Source: an uncultured virus (IMG/VR IMGVR_UViG_3300020472_003601)
Taxonomy: Duplodnaviria > Heunggongvirae > Uroviricota > Caudoviricetes
IMG/VR virus record: IMGVR_UViG_3300020472_003601
Length of the DNA stretch: 64,000 bases
Direction: 5' to 3' (one strand)
Shown here: piece by piece, positions 39,396 through 49,969 of the stretch
Layout of the letters: each line of letters opens with the position of its first letter
How positions within the stretch are numbered: position 1 is the stretch's first letter
The notes under the pieces: model-generated
Seen by the model: the letters and a program-made list of their open reading frames with translations, nothing else
What the model was told of the DNA's origin: nothing
Database searches by the model: none
Position numbers and translations under genes: made by a program

Positions 39396-42300
39396 TCAAT
39401 CTTTGCCATCGCATAATTGACCCTTGGCATTAAACGGATTAGTTCTAACTTTGCCGCGGCGCCACCAAGGTAACATCGCAAGAGCTGCGTTGGGCATCAT
39501 TCTAGCTTTCATATTTTCAATCCAAAGCTTGCCGGGCTTCACCTTGTCGATATCGCCGGGTTGCCAATCTCTAGAGTGATAATATCCCCTGAACATTTTC
39601 TTAATTCTAGCTGTCGAGTTTCGTAGAAGAATTCTGTCCCAATCGTCCCACTCGAGCACTCCAATTCCGGCAAATCCGGTTTTCTTTCGATCTTTGTAAG
39701 CTGCCCAACCTTCGTTGCCACCCACTTTGCTCTTGCCCGGATTAAGAGTTTTCACCTTAATTGTGTATGTTTCGTCATCCCAATACGGGTCATCAACTTC
39801 ATCTTCATCGATGGTTTCATCTAAGAATGCAATAGAGCCGGGTTTAGCTGCGACCCCGGCGGGAACATTCGCCCCAATCCAATCACCTTGTGTTTCTGGG
39901 GATGGTGTATCTAAAATGCCCGATATAAACTTGCCCATGGGTACCCACCTGTCGTAATCACCCTTACCCACTGTCACTTCACCAACTGAGGATAAGAAGC
40001 CCATATCATTATATAAAGCCAGTGTAGACGTCACCTTCTTGAGTGGAAAACAATAACCTGTCATCATCTTATATCTGGGGTGAGACTTGAGCATGTTCAG
40101 GAGACAAAAGAGTAATTTGGTATTACCACTAAATGGCGGAACTGCTCCAATAGCAAGATCGAGGGCATCTACTGCTACATCGGCTATTTCAACCTTGCTT
40201 CCGTTACCGGTAAAATAAAATTGAATTCCATATTTAACGCCCAAATCTCCCTCAATTCCAACCATCTCGCCGGTAGAATCCCTCAGTGGCTTCATTGTAC
40301 CCGGATAAATATCAGATACCAATGCTTGAGAATCGTTTGCTTTTATTATCGATAGAGCTTCCGTAGGAGCATATTTAGTCCATGTGGCGCCATCAGTGCT
40401 TATTGAGATAAATTTCTCTATTGCAAATGGCTGCTCGGTACCAGAAAGCGATACCGTACCATATTCTGCAACATCTCCTAAATAAACAATTTCTTGACTA
40501 AGACCGATCAATTCTCTTTCGGCTCCAGCTTGGGCGCTCGTTTCTGGTTGTTCTTCGACAATGGTAGATTTTGTGTAGCGAATCGAGCCAATCTTGATTA
40601 AATCAGCCACGGGACGTAAAATATCTGATCCCTCTTCGGTTGGCGCTTCGCCGACTTGATACTGGACATCTCCATCCTCGTCGATTATGCCATGAAAATA
40701 TCCCTCATATTCGTCGCCATATTCGAAACCATCTTCTGCTGGCTTGGCTTGGTCGCTGTCCATGGCGATTCTAAACTGTCCTCCGGAAGTATAATATGGT
40801 CCGGGCCAGTTAACACCATCGCCGGCGGGATCTGGATTCTCGGGCGTTGGAAGTCCTTGTGGTTCTTCCACAAATTCTGGACCAGCAATCCTCAATGAAC
40901 TTCCGGCGCACCTGTTTTCAAAAATCCAATAATCTAAATCAAATATCGTAGGTATATAGCCGCGAGCGCGCAAGTTATCAACGAGCCTGTTACCCATTAT
41001 GCTCATTTGCTCATTGACTAGCTCTGTTAAAATCAGCTTCGCATCCTCTTCGGTCTCTCGAACTGCCTCTAAATTTTTATCATACCTATAAGACTTTAGG
41101 GTCTGTAGAAGATTGGCGTCTCCGATTGCCTTTGCGTTCATCAGTTCTTCATAATAGGGTACCTGATAATTCTCTTGATAATCATTCAGTCTTCTTAGAG
41201 CATTTAAAACAGACATGGGTGGCTCGTCTATTTCGCCATTATCGACTCTCCATGCATAAAATTGAACACATTGTTCCAAGAATGCATACCAAAATTCTGT
41301 ATCTGAGAATGGACTGAACATTTCCCAAAAAGCATGTTGAGATTCTTTAAATCGATCTTCCATCACCTCTACAATATATTGAGAATAAATGTTACTAAAA
41401 TTATTTGGAAATTTTGGTTGAATCTTCGAGAATGTTGCAATAGCTTTAAAGAAATGAGTACTGGCATAAATTCTAATAGACGCCTCGATTAATGCCATCA
41501 ATCCAGTCTTTCCAGCGCGATCTAATATTCTATTGTACGGTACCTCCAAGGCACAATCAGGATCATGTTTGAGTCTCGGGTCTTCTGAAATCTTAGTCAT
41601 ACGCATGTCTATTTTTTGCTGTATTTCATCAAAATCAATCAAATCAGTGCGCTGAGGCTTGCACGGGCTCAATTGCGGGAACAACACTTCGACAAGACCG
41701 AGCCAGCCATCAAACGGAATAGGTTTGACGTGAATGGGTGGGCTTGTGTACGAGCCTCCATATTGAGTGGGGTTAAGGTAAAAGACTCTAGTGTTTTCTG
41801 GGGTTCCGGCTAATTCGTTTCTGTATTGATCTCTTGACATTCCCAAAATCATATCCTTGTTTTTTGCTGGTCTCTCTTCGCCAGTTTTAGCATCGACTAT
41901 TGTGATATTTTCATATAGCTGCCCTTCGAATTCCGAGCCGATTGGTGCCATGTAATCTGAATCAGATTGCATTAAATAGTCGAACCGTGCACCATATTTC
42001 CAGCCGGCTTGATTGGTACCTATTTCTGCGCAAAAATCTCTAAAAAATTGCTCCATCCATTCGTCGCGGACGGTACTTGCCTCTTGCAGTGTCATCCCTG
42101 TTAGCTCCGATAAAGCTACCGCGGGGGGAGTGTGTTCTCCTTTTCCTACAAAACATTGCAAGAGTTTTGGATATTCGGCCAAATCTACTCCATCCAATCC
42201 ATCATCAACTGCCAAAAATTCATACTTTTCAACTTCTAAGATTTTCACTTCGCTGTTTTCAATTAGCTTAGCGGCGGAAGCGCTTCGGATTAGACTAGAA

Positions 42301-45300
42301 AATGGTTTAATAAACAGGTTCACTAATGACTGAACCACCCAACCAACGATAGGGATATTCTCAAACCAAGGAGGAAAATCAAATCCATCAGATTTCTCAT
42401 ATTCTTCGCCAACCATCTCGGCTAGTGGCGCGGCAACATCTGCGTGAGTGTTAACTTTTTCTACTATTTTTATTCTAACATTGTCATCGGCACGGTTTCG
42501 TATAACTCCATCTCTTGTGTTGGTAAGAGCCTCGGGGTTGTTTTTATCTATCTCAGCTTCATATGCGGAGAGTTCTTCTTCGGACATCTTTTTTGTAGGG
42601 TTATGAATCTCGCCTTTTCCTGCGAATTTTAATGGCTCGCTCTCTTCTCCTGATGAATCTGCCGAAGTGTCATCTACGAGGTCTGCTCCATAATATTGGA
42701 TCTCAAAGCCATAACTCCATTGAGACTCTCCTCCATCATTCCCTCCTCTTCCACATCCTTTTCGCATACCTATTGCGTTGTCTTTATAATCTAATACGAA
42801 ATCTGGAGTCTTTTTACGACCCTTCTCGTTGATAATAACATGTTTAGTGACGTAATCTACAGTTAATTCATTGTTGTATCCAAAATCAGGCACTTTGGTT
42901 AGGTCCACATTGTTTCCAAAAAATGCTTTATCAAAATCCATATCTTCCCATGTCACTTTGGATTGTTCCCCGTCCCACCAATCGTTAGTAGAATTAAATG
43001 TCATACTGGTGCCATGCCTGATTGTGGTGCCACTTGCCAGATCTGTTCCGCCTGATGATATGTTTAAAACTGGCCAAAGATTATAATCCGCACCAGTCTC
43101 TGAGTTATACTCCTTCAGATCTCCCGTGACCTCTCCGGCATTCAAGAACTGTCTCATCAACCACTCACCCACATAGGAAGGAAATTGACCTTCTTGGTTG
43201 GAAAACTTTGCAGGTCCCTGCATGAAGGCGAAGAATCCCGTTGACGTTTCGCCTCCGTTAGATAGATTGGAAGCAAAATTAACATATCTTTTTCTGTTTC
43301 TAGAAAACCTATGATGAGAGGTTAGAGGGTTCCCAAGCGTGTCGGACAATACCAAGTTCATGAACCCCCATCCCTTGTTGGTGGCGAAAATACCGCCATT
43401 GCCGAGCATGTCTTTTGAATAATCAATCTGAAGCATGTCAAAATCTCCGCCAATCGCATTTGCTGCAGCTAATCGCGTGGGTTGCGGCATATCGGGAAAT
43501 ATTCCGTCATCACATCCCGGCTGAGAGAAGAACTGTGGCATGTTTTTTTCGATTGTTTTTTCAACTCCGTCTTGCATCATACTCGTCAAGTCGCCTAGAT
43601 CTTGTTGCATTGTACCCTGAAGATCATCGAACATAGCACGACATTGTGCGTGACTAGCTCTGCCAGCCAACAACTCGCATCTCAAATCAGCGAAGTCAGC
43701 TTGTTGTTGTGCTGTCAAACAGAGGCTTGGGTTGGCTGGGAATACATCTTCTTCCGGCAATGAGTTCATAAAGTCTTCTAAATCTTCTCTCACTTGCGCG
43801 GGAAGCAGTTTCCCAACATTGTCGAAAAATTTACCGAGCGCCTTCTCATCAACAAAACCCTCTCTAAATTGAGGATATTCAAATTCAATTAAATTGTTAG
43901 CTATCTCCAAAGCTTCTGGACTGTGTTTGCCCAGAAATAGGCGTCCCATTTCTTCGCGAGTAATTGAACTGCCCAGATCTTGGGTAAAATTGAGTACGGC
44001 GTCCCGATCGGCGAGTGCCGCGGCTCCGACACCCAGTTGAGAAAACAAATCAACGATCGTGTCATCGACCTGTTCGTCACTAGCATCATCACCACAAATA
44101 GCATCTTTGATAACATTTCTAATTTGAGTTTTTCCAGTTAACAAGCTCGGAAGCGCGGCTGCGACTTTTCCTACCGTCTCCAGTGCGGCGCACATTGCAT
44201 CGCCTAAAACTTCACAAATTTTGACCAAAATTGCCATCAAAATATTTAAGACTGCCTGTTTTACAGCCACCTTAAACTGATCCCATAGGTATTCCATGAT
44301 GTCTACAAAGTCAGGATACCATTCTGCGGGATCCCAGAATCGTGGAGCGCGGAGTTCTCTCAAATCTTGACAAAATGGCAGACCAAACCCTTTCATGAAA
44401 TCAGCAATACTCGGATTCAGCAACGGTGGCATTGGGCAATCAAAAAATGCTATAACTGCAGATATGATTTCGGCGCCGGGAAACTTGTTTACCTCATCTA
44501 GAAGTGCAAGATAATTTTCTGAATACACTTCCATCAATCCCGCAACATACAAATCCATTACCAGATTTGGATCCAAATTATCTTTTCCAGCGGAACCGGT
44601 ATCAAGCTGTTTTGCTAATGAGCGTCTGGCGCCGGTGCCGCTCATTGCCGACATGTTAGCCTCTCTGTCTCTTTCTGCTTGAATCGTCTCCTGATTTTCC
44701 CATGGCTTTTCGAGTTGGGTTTTAGCTACAGATCCGAAGAACGGCGTATCGCCTGCATCTATAGTGCCTGCCGCGGCATTTGCATCTGAAGCTGCAAGAG
44801 TATCTGAGTACTCTTGCATTTGTGAATCTGGTCGAAAGAGTTCCTTGTTTTCAAATTTCTTCTTCACTAAGGCATCTATTTCTGCTTGCTTGTCAGGTGG
44901 CAGTCCAATGAATAGATCTCCAAAGTTCTCCATATTCATAGCTTTCAAACATTCTTTGAGCATGCTGCTCAGTGCTTGTTCTAGAGTGAGACCCCCCATG
45001 AGACACTTTACTGCATCAAGACAGAGATCGAACAGACCACACACTTTCAATCTTTCTAACCCGTGCTCATATGTCTCGTCTATCTGATCTGCGACGTCTT
45101 TGAACACGCCGCCCATAGTGGCTGCCATGACTTTTGCGCACATAATAGTAAACACCTGATCGCTTTCAAGTAGTTTCTTGAAGGCATTCATTGCCGCTAT
45201 ACTAGCAATAGTGTCTTTCTTTTTCGTGTTTGGATCGAAAGTCTCTAAGAGACCCATACCAGCATCGTCAAATCTCAACTCCTGCAGGTCATAGCGACAC

Positions 45301-46520
45301 AAGCCTTTTCTAAACTTATAAGCTACAACATCTCCGATATTAAAGACTTCATCTAAGATGTCCTGACCCAGTTCTTTTCCCTCGTTCATGAGAGCCTCGC
45401 TGATACATCCGAAAGTTTCTCCCCAAGGTGATTCTTCATCCGCAGATATAGAAGCATAAACTGGCGGATATGTATATTTTACAATAAATTCATTCCACGG
45501 CATAGGCTTTCGTGCCTGTAGAGACGCATCCATCTTGTACGCATTGCTTAAGTACGCCAAAGCTGTTTTATCGTTCCATGCGCCGGTTCTTTTCAGGCGT
45601 TTGAGTTTTTTATTTAGATAAAACGGCTTTTCGGCACAGCCCTCTGTCCAAAATGTAATCTGTTTGAGTTCGTAGTCCTTTATTTGAAACTTTATTTTAT
45701 AGACAGTGTCTCTTGAGAGTGCTTTCCACCCAGAACCAACACCGGGCAATTGGGCACCAAGTCCATTAAGAAACGTTTCCAGCGAATTCACCAAATTGGA
45801 CATTATACTATCAGGCGCAAACAAGGCATCATCACCATATTCATCTAGATTAAATAAACTATCGTCTTCTACGAATTTTATATTGCCGCCTTCGATGGCT
45901 CTATATACCTTTAGGTATTTGCTGTACATGTTAAGTCCCCGGCGGATGCGAATCATTTTAGTAGAAAAATCTGATGCGTTAAATTCCACAGATGTCCAGC
46001 CGATCTCGTCTTCATCGGAAGCCTGATCATCACCGTCACCATCTTCTAATTGATCGATTATATCAAAAGGCACTTGATATAGGAGCTTCAAGCGATCTTT
46101 ATATCGCGGACCTAAATCAAATTTGTGATATTGTACTTCTGATTTGAGAAGTTTTCTATTCTCTGCGGAATCTTTTTTATTATACGATTCCAAGAAGGCT
46201 TCGACAACTTGATCAACATATAGCAATGCACGGGCGCCCTCTTCTTTTTTTACTGCTAGCTCGTCGACTGGCTCTACGAGCAGTTCTTCCGGAACAGTGG
46301 TTGTAAATTGCGTTACAACAGTTAATTGATAATAGCACGTCTTTTCATTTAACCACGGAATATATGATGGCTGATTTTGCCACTTAGGTACAATAGCCAA
46401 TGGTCTTGGTGTGCATTTACCACCACACGGAAAAGGTTCCGCGCGAATTAAATCGTCGCAAATATCTATCAAACCATCGCTATCAAGATCTTGCCATTTT
46501 AAAAATTGTGAAGTTCCCAT
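39396..46520 (-). CDS. Very large hypothetical baseplate-region protein
   Basis: 2374 aa, between the spike-like gene and gp25. N-terminal DLDSDGLIDICD, many Cys, and an apparently helical middle region. Confidence 0.6.
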   Translation of the reverse strand: MGTSQFLKWQDLDSDGLIDICDDLIRAEPFPCGGKCTPRPLAIVPKWQNQPSYIPWLNEKTCYYQLTVVTQFTTTVPEELLVEPVDELAVKKEEGARALLYVDQVVEAFLESYNKKDSAENRKLLKSEVQYHKFDLGPRYKDRLKLLYQVPFDIIDQLEDGDGDDQASDEDEIGWTSVEFNASDFSTKMIRIRRGLNMYSKYLKVYRAIEGGNIKFVEDDSLFNLDEYGDDALFAPDSIMSNLVNSLETFLNGLGAQLPGVGSGWKALSRDTVYKIKFQIKDYELKQITFWTEGCAEKPFYLNKKLKRLKRTGAWNDKTALAYLSNAYKMDASLQARKPMPWNEFIVKYTYPPVYASISADEESPWGETFGCISEALMNEGKELGQDILDEVFNIGDVVAYKFRKGLCRYDLQELRFDDAGMGLLETFDPNTKKKDTIASIAAMNAFKKLLESDQVFTIMCAKVMAATMGGVFKDVADQIDETYEHGLERLKVCGLFDLCLDAVKCLMGGLTLEQALSSMLKECLKAMNMENFGDLFIGLPPDKQAEIDALVKKKFENKELFRPDSQMQEYSDTLAASDANAAAGTIDAGDTPFFGSVAKTQLEKPWENQETIQAERDREANMSAMSGTGARRSLAKQLDTGSAGKDNLDPNLVMDLYVAGLMEVYSENYLALLDEVNKFPGAEIISAVIAFFDCPMPPLLNPSIADFMKGFGLPFCQDLRELRAPRFWDPAEWYPDFVDIMEYLWDQFKVAVKQAVLNILMAILVKICEVLGDAMCAALETVGKVAAALPSLLTGKTQIRNVIKDAICGDDASDEQVDDTIVDLFSQLGVGAAALADRDAVLNFTQDLGSSITREEMGRLFLGKHSPEALEIANNLIEFEYPQFREGFVDEKALGKFFDNVGKLLPAQVREDLEDFMNSLPEEDVFPANPSLCLTAQQQADFADLRCELLAGRASHAQCRAMFDDLQGTMQQDLGDLTSMMQDGVEKTIEKNMPQFFSQPGCDDGIFPDMPQPTRLAAANAIGGDFDMLQIDYSKDMLGNGGIFATNKGWGFMNLVLSDTLGNPLTSHHRFSRNRKRYVNFASNLSNGGETSTGFFAFMQGPAKFSNQEGQFPSYVGEWLMRQFLNAGEVTGDLKEYNSETGADYNLWPVLNISSGGTDLASGTTIRHGTSMTFNSTNDWWDGEQSKVTWEDMDFDKAFFGNNVDLTKVPDFGYNNELTVDYVTKHVIINEKGRKKTPDFVLDYKDNAIGMRKGCGRGGNDGGESQWSYGFEIQYYGADLVDDTSADSSGEESEPLKFAGKGEIHNPTKKMSEEELSAYEAEIDKNNPEALTNTRDGVIRNRADDNVRIKIVEKVNTHADVAAPLAEMVGEEYEKSDGFDFPPWFENIPIVGWVVQSLVNLFIKPFSSLIRSASAAKLIENSEVKILEVEKYEFLAVDDGLDGVDLAEYPKLLQCFVGKGEHTPPAVALSELTGMTLQEASTVRDEWMEQFFRDFCAEIGTNQAGWKYGARFDYLMQSDSDYMAPIGSEFEGQLYENITIVDAKTGEERPAKNKDMILGMSRDQYRNELAGTPENTRVFYLNPTQYGGSYTSPPIHVKPIPFDGWLGLVEVLFPQLSPCKPQRTDLIDFDEIQQKIDMRMTKISEDPRLKHDPDCALEVPYNRILDRAGKTGLMALIEASIRIYASTHFFKAIATFSKIQPKFPNNFSNIYSQYIVEVMEDRFKESQHAFWEMFSPFSDTEFWYAFLEQCVQFYAWRVDNGEIDEPPMSVLNALRRLNDYQENYQVPYYEELMNAKAIGDANLLQTLKSYRYDKNLEAVRETEEDAKLILTELVNEQMSIMGNRLVDNLRARGYIPTIFDLDYWIFENRCAGSSLRIAGPEFVEEPQGLPTPENPDPAGDGVNWPGPYYTSGGQFRIAMDSDQAKPAEDGFEYGDEYEGYFHGIIDEDGDVQYQVGEAPTEEGSDILRPVADLIKIGSIRYTKSTIVEEQPETSAQAGAERELIGLSQEIVYLGDVAEYGTVSLSGTEQPFAIEKFISISTDGATWTKYAPTEALSIIKANDSQALVSDIYPGTMKPLRDSTGEMVGIEGDLGVKYGIQFYFTGNGSKVEIADVAVDALDLAIGAVPPFSGNTKLLFCLLNMLKSHPRYKMMTGYCFPLKKVTSTLALYNDMGFLSSVGEVTVGKGDYDRWVPMGKFISGILDTPSPETQGDWIGANVPAGVAAKPGSIAFLDETIDEDEVDDPYWDDETYTIKVKTLNPGKSKVGGNEGWAAYKDRKKTGFAGIGVLEWDDWDRILLRNSTARIKKMFRGYYHSRDWQPGDIDKVKPGKLWIENMKARMMPNAALAMLPWWRRGKVRTNPFNAKGQLCDGKD

Positions 46521-46539
46521 TGATTTTTCCTTTTGCTAT

Positions 46540-47586
46540 TTAGCAGATTTTCACATTTGTACTACAAATATATTTATAACCGTAGGGTTCTGTGTAATTC
46601 TGTTCCCACTGTAGGCAACTGATTTTTGTACGATATAGGCTGGCTAACACCTTTCCAATGTTTCCAGTTGCAACTTGAGGTCCTGCTGCAGCAACCCACG
46701 GTCTGAAAGGGTCTACGCTCAGTACACCATTCCAACTAGTTTGAATTAGAGCCAAGTTGTATGTAGCGCTCCATAACTGACCTACTAGAGCTACCAGCTC
46801 TTTAAGCCCGTCGGTCGTGTTGGAGCCCAAGCATGCCCTCTGAAGCGTGTTGATCTTTTCGACTGGATTTTTTAGACCTCCAAATACATATCTTGATTCG
46901 GTGTGATTGCCCGCTATCAACTCAATAGTGGGGGCGCGCTGATGCATCCAATCGCCTAGGGCGGTCGGTTCTCCGCCTTTGCCGTTTCCTGTAACGCCTT
47001 TTTGGCGGCCGGTGACAATCTTGATGCTGCGGCGCCCAACAATTCGAACATCATCGGCTTTAATTCCGATACCAGCAGCAGAACCTAGGTGCCCAGAAAC
47101 TCCTGCTGCCAAGCCGAATGCTTTATCTAACTGTGTGAGTTGACTAATATAGACTCTAGCAGCATCCCCTGAGAAACTAGGTCCAACGTGGGCTCCGTCT
47201 TTGAGTCCCTCGCCTTTTTTCACACTTGACATTCGACCCACAACCAAATCTATAGAACTAGCTTTTTGAGCGCCTAATGCTCCATTGCCTTCTGCTAGCG
47301 TTCCCGTACGATCTGTGCCCAAAACGATATAAGCGCCGGCATTATTGACAACATATTCATTGGGAGCTTTCTTATAAAAAATCCTCTTTTCACGAACATT
47401 TGTATGGAACACTCCGGCATCCGAAGGGAGGACCGGTGGGGTGTCGCCGGCGGCAACCTCTTGGTGGATGGTTTCTTTCTTTTTTTGTTCTTTGGTTTGA
47501 TTTTTTGTGAGAAATATATTTCTCTTCTTTTTTACATCTTCTTTCTCTCCAACGTACTCATCATGAAGATCTTTTTCGTCAGCCAT
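46540..47586 (-). CDS. Putative baseplate spike (gp5 C-terminal-like) protein
   Basis: Short beta-strand segments (AYIVLGTDR, SIDLVVGR, AARVYISQ, IGIKADDVRIVGRRSIKIV) and its position upstream of gp25/gp6. Confidence 0.45.
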   Translation of the reverse strand: MADEKDLHDEYVGEKEDVKKKRNIFLTKNQTKEQKKKETIHQEVAAGDTPPVLPSDAGVFHTNVREKRIFYKKAPNEYVVNNAGAYIVLGTDRTGTLAEGNGALGAQKASSIDLVVGRMSSVKKGEGLKDGAHVGPSFSGDAARVYISQLTQLDKAFGLAAGVSGHLGSAAGIGIKADDVRIVGRRSIKIVTGRQKGVTGNGKGGEPTALGDWMHQRAPTIELIAGNHTESRYVFGGLKNPVEKINTLQRACLGSNTTDGLKELVALVGQLWSATYNLALIQTSWNGVLSVDPFRPWVAAAGPQVATGNIGKVLASLYRTKISCLQWEQNYTEPYGYKYICSTNVKIC

Positions 47587-47643
47587 ATTTTCTCCAAAAT
47601 TATTACTTTACATGATAACAATTTTTTGTCTTTTTTTATACAA

Positions 47644-47650
47644 TAATTAT
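47644..47650 (-). promoter_or_regulatory. Candidate late-promoter motif ATAATTA
   Basis: In an 83-nt AT-rich intergenic gap upstream of the 47586 start. Confidence 0.4.
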
Positions 47651-47669
47651 CGTTTACTTTGTTTTTTGA

Positions 47670-48848
47670 CTATACGGATTGCCATTTTGTAAACGACTTT
47701 TGAAAGGAATTTCGAGTAGACTCCCAATTTTTCGTATATGTACGCTCACCTCTCGTCACGGAACCCGTAGATTTTAAACTCACTAATTCTTCCGGCTTAA
47801 GAGCCATATTCCATGAACGATAGTAGTTCCATGTCATGGTATCGGCGTCATTGTAAACAGAAGACCCGGGCAAACTTTTGAATACACTCATTTTACCAGC
47901 TATTATTTTTCCAAAGATTTTCATTCCCCTCTCTAATGTATCGAATCCGGCGAATATTCTTTGATCTCCTCCGCCGTCGCGAAAACATGTTTGAAAGTCA
48001 AAAGAAGATTGATTTGTGCCAGCAAAGCCAGAACTCATATCCAATTGGATACCTGCAACATTATTAGCAGGAAAACTAAACCTAGGTTGTTCTTTTTCTA
48101 TTATAGCCCACATAATCTTCTGAATGCTCTCACTTTGACCAGATGCTTTAATGGCTGCAATTACTTGCGATGCAGAATATTTAGAAAAAGTCGTCGGGCG
48201 TTTTGGCAAATTAGGATATGTCGGGGTTCTGCATTTTGCGAAGGTGGGGTCATCCTTTGGTGGGCACGGCTTCTCTTTACATTCAAAATATGCACCTGCC
48301 GCCGCCGGTGCAAAGCCTCCAGTTGGCGTAAGGTTGCCGAAAGCGGCTGATACGCTGGCACATCCTTCAGAGGAATTGACATTCTGTGCTGAGCGCACAA
48401 GCTCTAAAAATATCCCTCGCTCTAGATTGTAGGAAAAAAGACCCCTTTCTAGTTCCACTGAGACTATGTCTCCTGCGTTGATGATATAGGGAGTTTCTCC
48501 GGTTAAATTTATTGTACCAAAAAATGTAGTATGTTGGTGAATGGCGTTAATTGCTGCAGCCTGATCTCCAGCTTCGGACAACAGACAGGGATCAGGCAAA
48601 AATAAATGGGGAGAGTTATTGCTTATGATTCTAGCTTTAAAAATATATTTTGCGGCGCCTTCTATACCAGCGCCAGATCCCATCGGGCTTCCTGTTGTGA
48701 GAGCTACTGCTATAAATTGTTCTCTGTCTAAGTATGCATCGGTTTGGGTCAATTGAGAAACTGTGTTAGTGAACAAATCGAATCCCGAGAGCGGGTCGCT
48801 AAAATCGGTCCAATCCAACATCCTATTCCATGCTTTCTTCCACACCAT
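47670..48848 (-). CDS. Virion-associated hydrolase: shared N-terminal module plus a lysozyme-like (GH73 glucosaminidase-like) domain
   Basis: Start set at ATG 48848 after GGAG. The N-terminal ~150 aa are paralogous to 48851-49969. C-terminal AIIEKEQ..NNVAGIQ..RIFAGFDTLERG pattern. Confidence 0.6.
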   Translation of the reverse strand: MVWKKAWNRMLDWTDFSDPLSGFDLFTNTVSQLTQTDAYLDREQFIAVALTTGSPMGSGAGIEGAAKYIFKARIISNNSPHLFLPDPCLLSEAGDQAAAINAIHQHTTFFGTINLTGETPYIINAGDIVSVELERGLFSYNLERGIFLELVRSAQNVNSSEGCASVSAAFGNLTPTGGFAPAAAGAYFECKEKPCPPKDDPTFAKCRTPTYPNLPKRPTTFSKYSASQVIAAIKASGQSESIQKIMWAIIEKEQPRFSFPANNVAGIQLDMSSGFAGTNQSSFDFQTCFRDGGGDQRIFAGFDTLERGMKIFGKIIAGKMSVFKSLPGSSVYNDADTMTWNYYRSWNMALKPEELVSLKSTGSVTRGERTYTKNWESTRNSFQKSFTKWQSV

Positions 48849-48850
48849 TT

Positions 48851-49969
48851 TTAAATCTCCACCCACGTTCCGGCGTCTTCATCTTCCCATTCCCAATCAA
48901 CACCCTCGACGCCCGGAGGGTCTTCATACACAGCCAATTCATGTTCTTCGTCTAGATGTTCTTCTGTTGCGGCTGGCGCGCTTAAGCCAGCAAGGTATTC
49001 TAGTGGGTTTACTTTTTTGCCACTGATTTTACCTAGGCGGATCTCTAAATGCAGGTGAGGGCCCGTGCTAGAGCCTGAGCTTCCCACGGCGCCGATAGTG
49101 AATCCGGCTTCGACGTGCTGTCCTTTCGTCACAAAATTTTTATTAAGGTGAGCATATACAGAATATATCTTGTCTCCAGTGGGTGTAAGCGCATCGTGCT
49201 CGATATAGACAACGTTACCGAAGCCTCCTCCACAACTCTTGTCTCCATAATAGCCGGGATCTTTGCACCCTTTCACAACTGTAATAACAGTACCAGATGC
49301 AACTGCGAATACTTTTGTTCCCCTCTCTGCTCCATAATCAATGGCGGAGTGCATTTTTCCACCAGAAAGGGAGCGGGGGCCCCAGCCGCTTGTGACCGTA
49401 AATTGCCCGTCAGGAAGCGGTCCAGAAGTAAAAACGCCGGGAAGAGGAGGTCCCCCGGGAGAGCCTGTGTAGCCTTCCATGGATGAGAATGTCAAAGAGA
49501 CGTTGCCGCAATCTTTGGTACCTGTTGTTCCGGCGGTAGTAGTACTCTGAACCACCCTCATAAACCTACCTCTCTCTAGGTTGTATGAAAAGAGACCTTT
49601 ATCTAATTCTACCTCAATAAGATCACCAGCATTTATAACATAGTGTTGCCCAGATGTGGGATCACTACTTCCCACAAACGTAGTATGCTGGTGAATGGCG
49701 TTGACTGCTGCGGCGGTATCTCCAGCATCCGACAGTAAACATGGATCTGGTAGTAATTGGTGGGGAGAATTTTCACCCAGTACTCGCGCTTTAAGCATAT
49801 ATGTTGCGCTGCCACCACCACCAGCAGCTGTCAGCGGTTCTCCGCGAGTGAGCGCCACTGCAATGAATTTCTTTTTACCTAAATATACATCAACGGAGTG
49901 CGCTTTTTTGATTGCATTTATTATAAGATCAAAACCGCTGAGCGGATCACTAAAGTCAGTCCAATCCAT
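48851..49969 (-). CDS. Virion-associated M23 family peptidase with the shared N-terminal module
   Basis: VTSGWGPR, HSAIDYG, GFGNVVYIEH, YAHL, GSSGSSTGPHLHLEIR and VNPL. Confidence 0.9.
   Translation of the reverse strand: MDWTDFSDPLSGFDLIINAIKKAHSVDVYLGKKKFIAVALTRGEPLTAAGGGGSATYMLKARVLGENSPHQLLPDPCLLSDAGDTAAAVNAIHQHTTFVGSSDPTSGQHYVINAGDLIEVELDKGLFSYNLERGRFMRVVQSTTTAGTTGTKDCGNVSLTFSSMEGYTGSPGGPPLPGVFTSGPLPDGQFTVTSGWGPRSLSGGKMHSAIDYGAERGTKVFAVASGTVITVVKGCKDPGYYGDKSCGGGFGNVVYIEHDALTPTGDKIYSVYAHLNKNFVTKGQHVEAGFTIGAVGSSGSSTGPHLHLEIRLGKISGKKVNPLEYLAGLSAPAATEEHLDEEHELAVYEDPPGVEGVDWEWEDEDAGTWVEI

Noticed and set aside
46571..46578. Exact T4 late promoter TATAAATA on the minus strand
   Set aside because: It is a single coding-region instance explained by Tyr-Lys-Tyr codons, and the recurrent intergenic motif differs. 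It cannot be excluded but is not supported.
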